Below, in pieces: positions 50,001-62,997 of a stretch of 64,000 bases of DNA; the first letter of the stretch is position 1; each line of letters opens with the position of its first letter. Origin of the DNA: Auanema rhodensis. Taxonomy: Eukaryota > Animalia > Nematoda. The DNA is taken from positions 10,726,001-10,790,000 of the forward strand of contig OZ059899.1 in NCBI GenBank assembly GCA_964057225.1, given 5' to 3'. The notes beneath the pieces are model-generated. The model was not told where the DNA came from and ran no database searches. It saw nothing but the letters and a program-made list of their open reading frames with translations. Both the position numbers and the translations under genes were made by a program.

Positions 50001-52200
50001 TATCAGTAGATTTGAAATAATTGATATCCTGGAAACGTTATTCCTCTCCTTTTTTTATATCAAACGAGAGTTTATTGTAATCGTAGAGAAATCAGGATCA
50101 GTCTGTTCTGTTGGAGAACTGTAAGACATAAAAGTTCAATCTAATAGGCTTTTTATTGAAGTAAATGTACAAGTTTAAATTGGATATCTAACAATCTTTT
50201 TCATTTTATTACTTTTTGTTTGTTTTAAAGTAGGAAAAACTAGTTCTTTTCTTTTTAATTTGCATTCCAAATGCTTTCGAATTCCAGGAAAATATAAAAG
50301 GCCTTGTTCAACTAAGATTTCAGAAACTCTTATGAGAAAAAAAACTAAGACAATTGTGATGAGAGCAATTAAGAGAAAAACTATGGAGCTGACATTACAT
50401 TTTTCGACAATATCACTAGATTCGATATCATTGATATCCTGGAAACGTTATTCCTCTTTTTTTTTATATCAAACGAGAGTTTTATGTAATCGTAGAGAAA
50501 TCAGGATCAGTCTGTTCTGTTGGAGAACTGTAAGATATAAAAGTTCAATCTAATAGGCTTTTTATTGAAGTAAATGTACAAGTTTAAATTGGATATCTAA
50601 CAATCTTTTTCATTTTATTACTTTTTGTTTGTTTTAAAGTAGGAAAAACTAGTTCTTTTCTTTCTGATTTCCATTCCAAATGCTTTCGAATTCCAGGAAA
50701 ATATATAAGGCCTTGGTCAACTAAGATTTCAGAAACTCTTATGAAAAAAAACTAAGACAATTGTGATGAGAGCAATTAAGAGAAAAACTATGGAGCTGAC
50801 ATTACATTTTTCGACAATATCACTAGATTCGAAATCATTGTTATCCTGGAAACGTTATTTCTCTCCTTTTTCTATATCAAACGGGAGTTTTATGTAATCG
50901 TAGAGAAATCAGGATCAGTCTGTTCTGTTGGAGAACTGTAATACATAAAAGTTCAATCTAATAGGCTTTTTATCGCAGTTAATGTACAAGTTTAAATTGG
51001 ATATCTAACAATCTTTTTCATTTTATTTCTTTTTGTTTGTTTTAAAGTAGGAAAAACTAGTTTTTTTCTTTCTGATTTCCATTCCAAATGCTTTCGAATT
51101 CCAGGAAAATATATAAGGCCTTGTTCAACTAAAATTTCAGAAACTCTTATGAGAAAAAAAACTAAGACAATTGTGATGAGAGAAATTACGAGACAACCTA
51201 TTGAGCTGACATTACATTTTTCGACAATATCACTAGATTCGATATCATTGATATCCTGGAAACGTTATTCCTCTTTTTTTTTATATCAAACGAGAGTTTA
51301 ATGTAATCGTAGAGAAATCAGGATCAGTCTGTTCTGTTGGAGAACTGTAAGATATAAAAGTTCAATCTAATAGGCTTTTTATTGAAGTAAATGTACAAGT
51401 TTAAATTGGATATCTAACAATCTTTTTCATTTTATTACTTTTTGTTTGTTTTAAAGTAGGAAAAACTAGTTCTTTTCTTTTTAATTTCCATCCTAAATAC
51501 TTTCGAATTCCAGAAAAATTTATAAGGCCTTGGTCAACTAAGATTTCAGAAACTCTTATGAAAAAAAACTAAGACAATTGTGATGAGAGAAATTAAAAGA
51601 AAAACTATGGAGCTGACATTACATTTTTCGACAATATCAGTAGAATCGAAATAATTGATATCCTGGAAACGTTATTCCTCTCCTTTTTTTATATCAAACG
51701 AGAGTTTATTGTAATCGTAGAGAAATCAGGATCAGTCTGTTCTGTTGGAGAACTGTAAGACATAAAAGTTCAATCTAATAGGCTTTTTTCCGAAGTAAAT
51801 GTACAAGTTTAAATTGGATATCTAACAATCTTTTTAATTTTACTTCTTTTTGTTTGTTTTAAAGTAGGAAAAATTAGTTCTTTTCTTTTTAATTTCCATC
51901 CTAAATGCTTTCGAATTCCAGGAAAATATATGAGGCCTTGGTCAACTAAGATTTCAAAAACTCTTATGAGAAAAAAAACTAAGACAATTGTGATGAGAGC
52001 AATTAAGAGAAAAACTATGGAGCTGACATTACATTTTTCGACAATATCAGTAGATTCGAAATAATTGATATCCTGGAAACGTTATTCCTCTCCTTTTTTT
52101 ATATCAAACGAGAGTTTAATATAATCGTAGAGAAATCAGGATCAGTCTGTTCTGTTGGGGAACTGTAAAACATAAAAGTTCAATCTAATAGGCTTTTTAT
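47057..52200. repeat. Overlapping 3-monomer (1226 bp) and 9-monomer (3680 bp) duplications
   Basis: AAAATTTATA / AGAATCG / TTTTCCGAAG / TTTTTAATTT / TTTCAAAAAC mark monomers 47874, 49100 and 51554. ATTACGAGACAACC occurs in 47465 and 51145. Confidence 0.82.
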
Positions 52201-55200
52201 TGAAGTAAATGTACAAGTTTAAATTGGATATCTAACAATCTTTTTCATTTTATTACTTTTTGTTTGTTTTAAAGTAGGAAAAACTAGTTCTTTTCTTTTT
52301 AATTTCCATCCTAAATACTTTCGAATTCCAGAAAAATATATAAGGCCTTGGTCAACTAAGATTTCAGAAACTCTTATGAGAAAAAAAACTAAGACAATTG
52401 TGATGAGAGAAATTAAGAGAAAACCTATGGAGCTGACATTACATTTTTCTACTATATCACTAGATTCGATATCATTGATATCCTGGAAACGTTATTCCTC
52501 TACTTTTTTGTATCAAACGAGAGTTTAATGTAATCATAGAGAAATCAGGATCAGTCTGTTCTGTTGGAGAACTGTAAGACATAAAAGTTCAATCTAATAT
52601 TCTTTTCATCAAAGTAAATGTACAAGTTTAAATTGGATATCTAACAATCTTTTTCATTTTATTTCTTTTTGTTTGTTTTAAAGTAGGAAAAATTAGTTCT
52701 TTTATTCCTAGTTTGCATTCCAAATGCTTTCGAATTCCAGGAAAATATATAAGGCCTTGTTCAACTAAGATTTCAGAAACTCTTATGAGAAAAAAACTAA
52801 GACAATTGTGATGAGAGCAATTAAGAGAAAAACTATGGAGCTGACATTACATTTTTCGACAATATCAGTAGATTCGAAATAAATGATATCCTGGAAACGT
52901 TATTCCTCTCTTTTTTTCATATCAAACGAGAGTTTAATATAATCGTAGAGAAATCAGGATCAGTCTGTTCTGTTGGGGAACTGTAAAACATAAAAGTTCA
53001 ATCTAATAAGCTTTTTATTGAAGTAAATGTACAAGTTTAAATTGGATATCTAACAATCTTTTTCATTTTATTACTTTTTGTTTGTTTTAAAGTAGGAAAA
53101 ACTAGTTCTTTTCTTTTTAATTTCCATCCTAAATACTTTCGAATTCCAGAAAAATATATGAGGCCTTGGTCAACTAAGATTTCAGAAACTCTTATGAAAA
53201 AAAACTAAGACAATTGTGATGAGAGCAATTAAGAGAAAAACTATGGAGCTGACATTACATTTTTCGACAATATCAGTAGATTCGAAATAATTGATATCCT
53301 GGAAACGTTATTCCTTTCCTTTTTTTATATCAAACGAGAGTTTAATATAATCGTAGAGAAATCAGGATCAGTCTGTTCTGTTGGGGAACTGTAAAACATA
53401 AAAGTTCAATCTAATAGGCTTTTTATTGAAGTAAATGTACAAGTTTAAATTGGATATCTAACAATCTTTTTCATTTTATTACTTTTTGTTTGTTTTAAAG
53501 TAGGAAAAACTAGTTCTTTTCTTTTTAATTTCCATTCCAAATGCTTTCGAATTCCAGGAAAATATAAAAGGCCTTGTTCAACTAAGATTTCAGAAACTCT
53601 TATGAGAAAAAAAACTAAGACAATTGTGATGAGAGCAATTAAGAGAAAAACTATGGAGCTGACATTACATTTTTTGACAATATCAGTAGATTTGAAATAA
53701 TTGATATCCTGGAAACGTTATTCCTCTCCTTTTTTTATATCAAACGAGAGTTTTATGTAATCGTAGAGAAATCAGGATCAGTCTGTTCTGTTGGAGAACT
53801 GTAATACATAAAAGTTCAATCTAATAAGCTTTTTATCGCAGTTAATGTACAAGTTTAAATTGGATATCTAACAATCTTTTTCATTTTATTTCTTTTTGTT
53901 TGTTTTAAAGTAGGAAAAACTAGTTCTTTTCTTTCTGATTTCCATTCCAAATGCTTTCGAATTCCAGGAAAATATATAAGGCCTTGTTCAACTAAAATTT
54001 CAGAAACTCTTATGAGAAAAAAAACTAAGAAAATTGTGATGAGAGAAATTAAGAGAAAACCTATTGAGCTGACATTACATTTTTCGACAATATCACTAGA
54101 TTCGATATCATTGATATCCTGGAAACGTTATTCCTCTTTTTTTTTATATCAAACGAGAGTTTAATGTAATCGTAGAGAAATCAGGATCAGTCTGTTCTGT
54201 TGGAGAACTGTAAGATATAAAAGTTCAATCTAATAGGCTTTTTATTGAAGTAAATGTACAAGTTTAAATTGGATATCTAACAATCTTTTTCATTTTATTA
54301 CTTTTTGTTTGTTTTAAAGTAGGAAAAACTAGTTCTTTTCTTTTTAATTTCCATCCTAAATACTTTCGAATTTAAGAAAAATATATAAGGCCTTGGTCAA
54401 CTAAGATTTCAGAAACTCTTATGAAAAAAAACTAAGACAATTGTGATAAGAGCAATTAAGAGAAAAACTATGGAGCTGACATTACATTTTTCGACAATAT
54501 CAGTAGAATCGAAACAATTGATATCCTGGAAACGTTATTCCTCTCTTTTTTTATATCAAACGAGAGTTTAATGTAATCATAGAGAAATCAGGATCAGTCT
54601 GTTCTGTTGGAGAACTGTAAGACATAAAAGTTCAATCTAATAGGTTTTTTATCGAAGTAAATGTACAAGTTTAAATTGGATATCTAACAATCTTTTTCAT
54701 TTTATTTCTTTTTGTTTGTTTAAAAGTAGGAAAAATTAGTTCTTTTCTTTTTAATTTCCATCCTAAATGCTTTCGAATTCCAGGAAAATATATGAGGCCT
54801 TGGTCAACTAAGATTTAAAAAACTCTTATGAGAAAAAAAAACTAAGAAAATTGTGATGAGAGAAATTAAGAGAAAACCTATTGAGCTAACATTACATTTT
54901 TCGACAATATCACTAGATTCGATATCATTGATATCCTGGAAACGTTATTCCTCTACTTTTTTATATCAAACGAGAGTTTAATGTAATCATAGAGAAATCA
55001 GGATCAGTCTGTTCTGTTGGAGAACTGTAAGACATAAAAGTTCAATCTAATATTCTTTTCATCAAAGTAAATGTACAAGTTTAAATTGGATATCTAACAA
55101 TCTTTTTCATTTTATTTCTTTTTGTTTGTTTTAAAGTAGGAAAAATTAGTTCTTTTATTCCTAGTTTGCATTCCAAATGCTTTCGAATTCCAGGAAAATA

Positions 55201-56456
55201 TATAAGGCCTTGTTCAACTAAGGTTTCAGAAACTCTTATGAGAAAAAAAACTAAGACAATTGTGATGAGAGCAGTTAAGAGAAAAACTATGGAGCTGACA
55301 TTACATTTTTCGACAATATCAGTAGATTCGAAATAAATGATATCCTGGAAACGTTATTCCTCTCTTTTTTTATATCAAACGAGAGTTTAATGTAATCATA
55401 GAGAAATCAGGATCAGTCTGTTCTGTTGGAGAACTGTAAGACATAAAAGTTCAATCTAATAGGTTTTTTATCGAAGTAAATGTACAAGTTTAAATTGGAT
55501 ATCTAACAATCTTTTTCATTTTATTTCTTTTTGTTTGTTTAAAAGTAGGAAAAATTAGTTCTTTTATTCCTAATTTGCATTCCAAATGCTTTCGAATTCC
55601 AGAAAAATATATAAGGCCTTGGTCAACTAAGATTTCAGAAACTCTTATGAAAAAAAACTAAGACAATTGTGATGAGAGAAATTAAGAGAAAACCTATGGA
55701 GCTGACATTACATTTTTCTACAATATCACTAGATTCGATATCATTGATATCCTGGAAACGTTATTCCTCTACTTTTTTATATCAAACGAGAGTTTAATGT
55801 AATCATAGAGAAATCAGGATCAGTCTGTTCTGTTGGAGAACTGTAAGACATAAAAGTTCAATCTAATAGGTTTTTTATCAAAGTAAATGTACAAGTTTAA
55901 ATTGGATATCTAACAATCTTTTTCATTTTATTTCTTTTTGTTTGTTTTAAAGTAGGAAAAATTAGTTCTTTTATTCCTAATTTGCATTCCAAATGCTTTC
56001 GAATTCCAGAAAAATATATAAGGCCTTGGTCAACTAAGATTTCAGAAACTCTTATGAAAAAAAACTAAGACAATTGTGATGAGAGAAATTAAGAGAAAAC
56101 CTATGGAGCTGACATTACATTTTTCTACAATATCACTAGATTCGATATCATTGATATCCTGGAAACGTTATTCCTCTACTTTTTTATATCAAACAAGAGT
56201 TTAATGTAATCATAGAGAAATCAGGATCAGTCTGTTCTGTTGGAGAACTGTAAGACATAAAAGTTCAATCTAATAGGTTTTTTATCGAAGTAAATGTACA
56301 AGTTTAAATTGGATATCTAACAATCTTTTTCATTTTATTTCTTTTTGTTTGTTTTAAAGTAGGAAAAATTAGTTCTTTTATTCCTAATTCGCATTCCAAA
56401 TGCTTTCGAATTCCAGGAAAATATATAAGGCCTTGTTCAACTAAAATTTCAGAAAC

Positions 56457-57068
56457 TCTTATGAGAAAAAAAACTAAGACAATTGTGATGAGAGAAATTA
56501 AGAGAAAACCTATGGAGCTGACATTACATTTTTCGACAATATCACTAGATTCGAAATCATTGTTATCCTGGAAACGTTATTTCTCTCCTTTTTCTATATC
56601 AAACGGGAGTTTTATGTAATTGTAGAGAAATCAAGATCAGTCTGTTCTGTTGGAGTACTGTAAGACAGAAAATCTCAATCTAATAGGCTCTTTATCAATG
56701 TTAATGTATGAGTTTAAATTGGATATCTAACAATCTTTTTCATTTTATTTCTTATTGTTTGTTTTAAAGTAGGAAAAACTAGTTCTTTTCTTTTTAATTT
56801 CCATCCTAAATACTTTCGAATTCCAGAAAAATATATAAGGCCTTGGTCAACTAAGATTTCAGAAACTCTTATGAAAAAAAACTAAGACAATTGTGATGAG
56901 AGAAATTAAGAGAAAACCTATGGAGCTGACATTACATTTTTCGACAATATCACTAGATTCGAAATCATTGTTATCCTGGAAACGTTATTTCTCTCCTTTT
57001 TCTATATCAAACGGGAGTTTTATGTAATTGTAGAGAAATCAAGATCAGTCTGTTCTGTTGGAGTACTG
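56457..57068. repeat. Divergent monomer subtype D (copy 2) followed by a chimeric D/standard monomer
   Basis: Full D marker set in 56457-56866. The next monomer carries D markers only up to GGAGTACTG (~57060-57068), then standard sequence. Confidence 0.9.
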
Positions 57069-58092
57069 TAAGACATAAAAGTTCAATCTAATAGGTTTTT
57101 TATCGAAGTAAATGTACAAGTTTAAATTGGATATCTAACAATCTTTTTCATTTTATTTCTTTTTGTTTGTTTTAAAGTAGGAAAAATTAGTTCTTTTATT
57201 CCTAGTTTGCATTCCAAATGCTTTCGAATTCCAGGAAAATATATAAGGCCTTGTTCAACTAAGATTTCAGAAACTCTTATGAGAAAAAAACTAAGACAAT
57301 TGTGATGAGAGCAATTAAGAGAAAAACTATGGAGCTGACATTACATTTTTCGACAATATCAGTAGATTCGAAATAAATGATATCCTGGAAACGTTATTCC
57401 TCTCTTTTTTTTATATCAAACGAGAGTTTCATGTAATCATAGAGAAATCAGGATCAGTCTGTTCTGTTGGAGAACTGTAAGACATAAAAGTTCAATCTAA
57501 TAGGTTTTTTATCAAAGTAAATGTACAAGTTTAAATTGGATATCTAACAATCTTTTTCATTTTATTTCTTTTTGTTTGTTTTAAAGTAGGATAAATTAGT
57601 TCTTTTATTCCTAGTTTGCATTCCAAATGCTTTCGAATTCCAGGAAAATATATAAGGCCTTGTTCAACTAAGGTTTCAGAAACTCTTATGAGAAAAAAAA
57701 CTAAGACAATTGTGATGAGAGCAGTTAAGAGAAAAACTATGGAGCTGACATTACATTTTTCGACAATATCAGTAGATTCGAAATAAATGATATCCTGGAA
57801 ACGTTATTCCTCTCTTTTTTTATATCAAACGAGAGTTTAATGTAATCATAGAGAAATCAGGATCAGTCTGTTCTGTTGGAGAACTGTAAGACATAAAAGT
57901 TCAATCTAATAGGTTTTTTATCGAAGTAAATGTACAAGTTTAAATTGGATATCTAACAATCTTTTTCATTTTATTTCTTTTTGTTTGTTTTAAAGTAGGA
58001 AAAATTAGTTCTTTTATTCCTAATTTGCATTCCAAATGCTTTCGAATTCCAGGAAAATATAAAAGGCCTTGTTCAACTAAGATTTCAGAAAC

Positions 58093-58502
58093 TCTTATGA
58101 GAAAAAAAACTAAGACAATTGTGATGAGAGAGATAAAGAGAAAACCTATGGAGCTGACATTACATTTTTCGACAATATCACTAGATTCGAAATCATTGTT
58201 ATCCTGGAAACGTTATTTCTCTCCTTTTTCTATATCAAACGGGAGTTTTATGTAATTGTAGAGAAATCAAGATCAGTCTGTTCTGTTGGAGTACTGTAAG
58301 ACAGAAAATTTCAATCTAATAGGCTCTTTATCAATGTTAATGTATGAGTTTAAATTGGATATCTAACAATCTTTTTCATTTTATTTCTTATTGTTTGTTT
58401 TAAAGTAGGAAAAACTAGTTCTTTTCTTTTTAATTTCCATCCTAAATACTTTCGAATTCCAGAAAAATATATAAGGCCTTGGTCAACTAAGATTTCAGAA
58501 AC
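58093..58502. repeat. Divergent monomer subtype D (copy 3)
   Basis: Same D marker set, plus GAGAGAT. Confidence 0.92.
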
Positions 58503-61500
58503 TCTTATGAAAAAAAACTAAGACAATTGTGATGAGAGAAATTAAGAGAAAACCTATCGAGCTGACATTACATTTTTCTACTATATCACTAGATTCGATA
58601 TCATTGATATCCTGGAAACGTTATTCCTCTACTTTTTTATATCAAACGAGAGTTTAATGTAATCATAGAGAAATCAGGATCAGTCTGTTCTGTTGGAGAA
58701 CTGTAAGACATAAAAGTTCAATCTAATATTCTTTTCATCAAAGTAAATGTACAAGTTTAAATTGGATATCTAACAATCTTTTTCATTTTATTTCTTTTTG
58801 TTTGTTTTAAAGTAGGAAAAATTAGTTCTTTTATTCCTAGTTTGCATTCCAAATGCTTTCGAATTCCAGGAAAATATATAAGGCCTTGTTCAACTAAGAT
58901 TTCAGAAACTCTTATGAGAAAAAAACTAAGACAATTGTGATGAGAGCAATTAAGAGAAAAACTATGGAGCTGACATTACATTTTTCGACAATATCAGTAG
59001 ATTCGAAATAAATGATATCCTGGAAACGTTATTCCTCTCTTTTTTTTATATCAAACGAGAGTTTCATGTAATCGTAGAGAAATCAGGATCAGTCTGTTCT
59101 GTTGGAGAACTGTAAGACATAAAAGTTCAATCTAATAGGCTTTTTATTGAAGTAAATGTACAAGTTTAAATTGGATATCTAACAATCTTTTTCATTTTAT
59201 TACTTTTTGTTTGTTTTAAAGTAGGAAAAACTAGTTCTTTTCTTTTTAATTTGCATTCCAAATGCTTTCGAATTCCAGGAAAATATAAAAGGCCTTGTTC
59301 AACTAAGATTTCAGAAACTCTTATGAGAAAAAAAACTAAGACAATTGTGATGAGAGCAATTAAGAGAAAAACTATGGAGCTGACATTACATTTTTTGACA
59401 ATATCAGTAGATTTGAAATAATTGATATCCTGGAAACGTTATTCCTCTCCTTTTTTTATATCAAACGAGAGTTTTATGTAATCGTAGAGAAATCAGGATC
59501 AGTCTGTTCTGTTGGAGAACTGTAATACATAAAAGTTCAATCTAATAGGCTTTTTATCGCAGTTAATGTACAAGTTTAAATTGGATATCTAACAATCTTT
59601 TTCATTTTATTTCTTTTTGTTTGTTTTAAAGTAGGAAAAACTAGTTCTTTTCTTTCTGATTTCCATTCCAAATGCTTTCGAATTCCAGGAAAATATATAA
59701 GGCCTTGTTCAACTAAAATTTCAGAAACTCTTATGAGAAAAAAAACTAAGAAAATTGTGATGAGAGAAATTAAGAGAAAACCTATTGAGCTGACATTACA
59801 TTTTTCGACAATATCACTAGATTCGATATCATTGATATCCTGAAAACGTTATTCCTCTTTTTTTTTATATCAAACGAGAGTTTAATGTAATCGTAGAGAA
59901 ATCAGGATCAGTCTGTTCTGTTGGAGAACTGTAATACATAAAAGTTCAATCTAATAGGCTTTTTATCGCAGTTAATGTACAAGTTTAAATTGGATATCTA
60001 ACAATCTTTTTCAATTTATTTCTTTTTGTTTGTTTTAAAGTAGGAAAAACTAGTTCTTTTCTTTCTGATTTCCATTCCAAATGCTTTCGAATTCCAGGAA
60101 AATATATAAGGCCTTGTTCAACTAAAATTTCAGAAACTCTTATGAGAAAAAAAACTAAGAAAATTGTGATGAGAGAAATTAAGAGAAAACCTATTGAGCT
60201 GACATTACATTTTTCGACAATATCACTAGATTCGATATCATTGATATCCTGAAAACGTTATTCCTCTTTTTTTTTATATCAAACGAGAGTTTAATGTAAT
60301 CGTAGAGAAATCAGGATCAGTCTGTTCTGTTGGAGAACTGTAAGATATAAAAGTTCAATCTAATAGGCTTTTTATTGAAGTAAATGTACAAGTTTAAATT
60401 GGATATCTAACAATCTTTTTCATTTTATTACTTTTTGTTTGTTTTAAAGTAGGAAAAACTAGTTCTTTTCTTTTTAATTTCCATCCTAAATACTTTCGAA
60501 TTCCAGAAAAATATATAAGGCCTTGGTCAACTAAGATTTCAGAAACTCTTATGAAAAAAAACTAAGACAATTGTGATGAGAGAAATTAAGAGAAAACCTA
60601 TTGAGCTGACATTACATTTTTCGACAATATCACTAGATTCGATATCATTGATATCCTGGAAACGTTATTCCTCTCCTTTTTTTATATCAAACGAGAGTTT
60701 ATTGTAATCGTAGAGAAATCAGGATCAGTCTGTTCTGTTGGAGAACTGTAAAACATAAAAGTTCAATCTAATAGGCTTTTTTCCGAAGTAAATGTACAAG
60801 TTTAAATTGGATATCTAACAATCTTTTTCATTTTATTTCTTTTTGTTTGTTTTAAAGTAGGAAAAATTAGTTCTTTTCTTTTTAATTTCCATCCTAAATG
60901 CTTTCGAATTCCAGGAAAATATATGAGGCCTTGGTCAACTAAGATTTCAAAAACTCTTATGAGAAAAAAAACTAAGAAAATTGTGATGAGAGAAATTAAG
61001 AGAAAACCTATTGAGCTGACATTACATTTTTCGACAATATCACTAGATTCGATATCATTGATATCCTGGAAACGTTATTCTTCTTTTTTTTATATCAAAC
61101 GAGAGTTTAATGTAATCGTAGAGAAATCAGGATCAGTCTGTTCTGTTGGAGAACTGTAAGACATAAAAGTTCAATCTAATAGGCTTTTTATTGAAGTAAA
61201 TGTACAAGTTTAAATTGGATATCTAACAATCTTTTTCATTTTATTACTTTTTGTTTGTTTTAAAGTAGGAAAAACTAGTTCTTTTCTTTTTAATTTCCAT
61301 CCTAAATACTTTCGAATTCCAGAAAAATATATAAGGCCTTGGTCAACTAAGATTTCAGAAACTCTTATGAAAAAAAACTAAGACAATTGTGATAAGAGCA
61401 ATTAAGAGAAAAACTATGGAGCTGACATTACATTTTTCGACAATATCAGTAGAATCGAAATAATTGATATCCTGGAAACGTTATTCCTCTCCTTTTTTTA

Positions 61501-62587
61501 TATCAAACGAGAGTTTATTGTAATCGTAGAGAAATCAGGATCAGTCTGTTCTGTTGGAGAACTGTAAAACATAAAAGTTCAATCTAATAGGCTTTTTTCC
61601 GAAGTAAATGTACAAGTTTAAATTGGATATCTAACAATCTTTTTCATTTTATTTCTTTTTGTTTGTTTTAAAGTAGGAAAAATTAGTTCTTTTCTTTTTA
61701 ATTTCCATCCTAAATGCTTTCGAATTCCAGGAAAATATATGAGGCCTTGGTCAACTAAGATTTCAAAAACTCTTATGAGAAAAAAAACTAAGAAAATTGT
61801 GATGAGAGAAATTAAGAGAAAACCTATTGAGCTGACATTACATTTTTCGACAATATCACTAGATTCGATATCATTGATATCCTGGAAACGTTATTCTTCT
61901 TTTTTTTATATCAAACGAGAGTTTAATGTAATCGTAGAGAAATCAGGATCAGTCTGTTCTGTTGGAGAACTGTAAGACATAAAAGTTCAATCTAATAGGC
62001 TTTTTATTGAAGTAAATGTACAAGTTTAAATTGGATATCTAACAATCTTTTTCATTTTATTTCTTTTTGTTTGTTTTAAAGTAGGAAAAATTAGTTCTTT
62101 TATTCCTAGTTTGCATTCCAAATGCTTTCGAATTCCAGGAAAATATATAAGGCCTTGTTCAACTAAGGTTTCAGAAACTCTTATGAGAAAAAAAACTAAG
62201 ACAATTGTGATGAGAGCAGTTAAGAGAAAAACTATGGAGCTGACATTACATTTTTCGACAATATCAGTAGATTCGAAATAAATGATATCCTGGAAACGTT
62301 ATTCCTCTCTTTTTTTATATCAAACGAGAGTTTAATGTAATCATAGAGAAATCAGGATCAGTCTGTTCTGTTGGAGAACTGTAAGACATAAAAGTTCAAT
62401 CTAATAGGTTTTTTATCGAAGTAAATGTACAAGTTTAAATTGGATATCTAACAATCTTTTTCATTTTATTTCTTTTTGTTTGTTTTAAAGTAGGAAAAAT
62501 TAGTTCTTTTATTCCTAATTTGCATTCCAAATGCTTTCGAATTCCAGGAAAATATATAAGGCCTTGTTCAACTAAAATTTCAGAAAC

Positions 62588-62997
62588 TCTTATGAGAAAA
62601 AAAACTAAGACAATTGTGATGAGAGAGATTAAGAGAAAACCTATGGAGCTGACATTACATTTTTCGACAATATCACTAGATTCGAAATCATTGTTATCCT
62701 GGAAACGTTATTTCTCTCCTTTTTCTATATCAAACGGGAGTTTTATGTAATTGTAGAGAAATCAAGATCAGTCTGTTCTGTTGGAGTACTGTAAGACAGA
62801 AAATTTCAATCTAATAGGCTCTTTATCAATGTTAATGTATGAGTTTAAATTGGATATCTAACAATCTTTTTCATTTTATTTCTCATTGTTTGTTTTAAAG
62901 TAGGAAAAACTAGTTCTTTTCTTTTTAATTTCCATCCTAAATACTTTCGAATTCCAGAAAAATATATAAGGCCTTGGTCAACTAAGATTTCAGAAAC
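62588..62997. repeat. Divergent monomer subtype D (copy 4)
   Basis: Same D marker set, plus GAGAGAT. Confidence 0.92.

Noticed and set aside
1235-62750. Plus-strand ORFs of 62-97 aa (MRKKTKKIVMREIKRKPIELTLHF...)
   Set aside because: All are the same monomer segment. The frame has a TAA in every T-type monomer, the ends vary with homopolymer length, and there is no recognisable domain. It shares third codon positions with the open minus frame, so its openness is not independent evidence.
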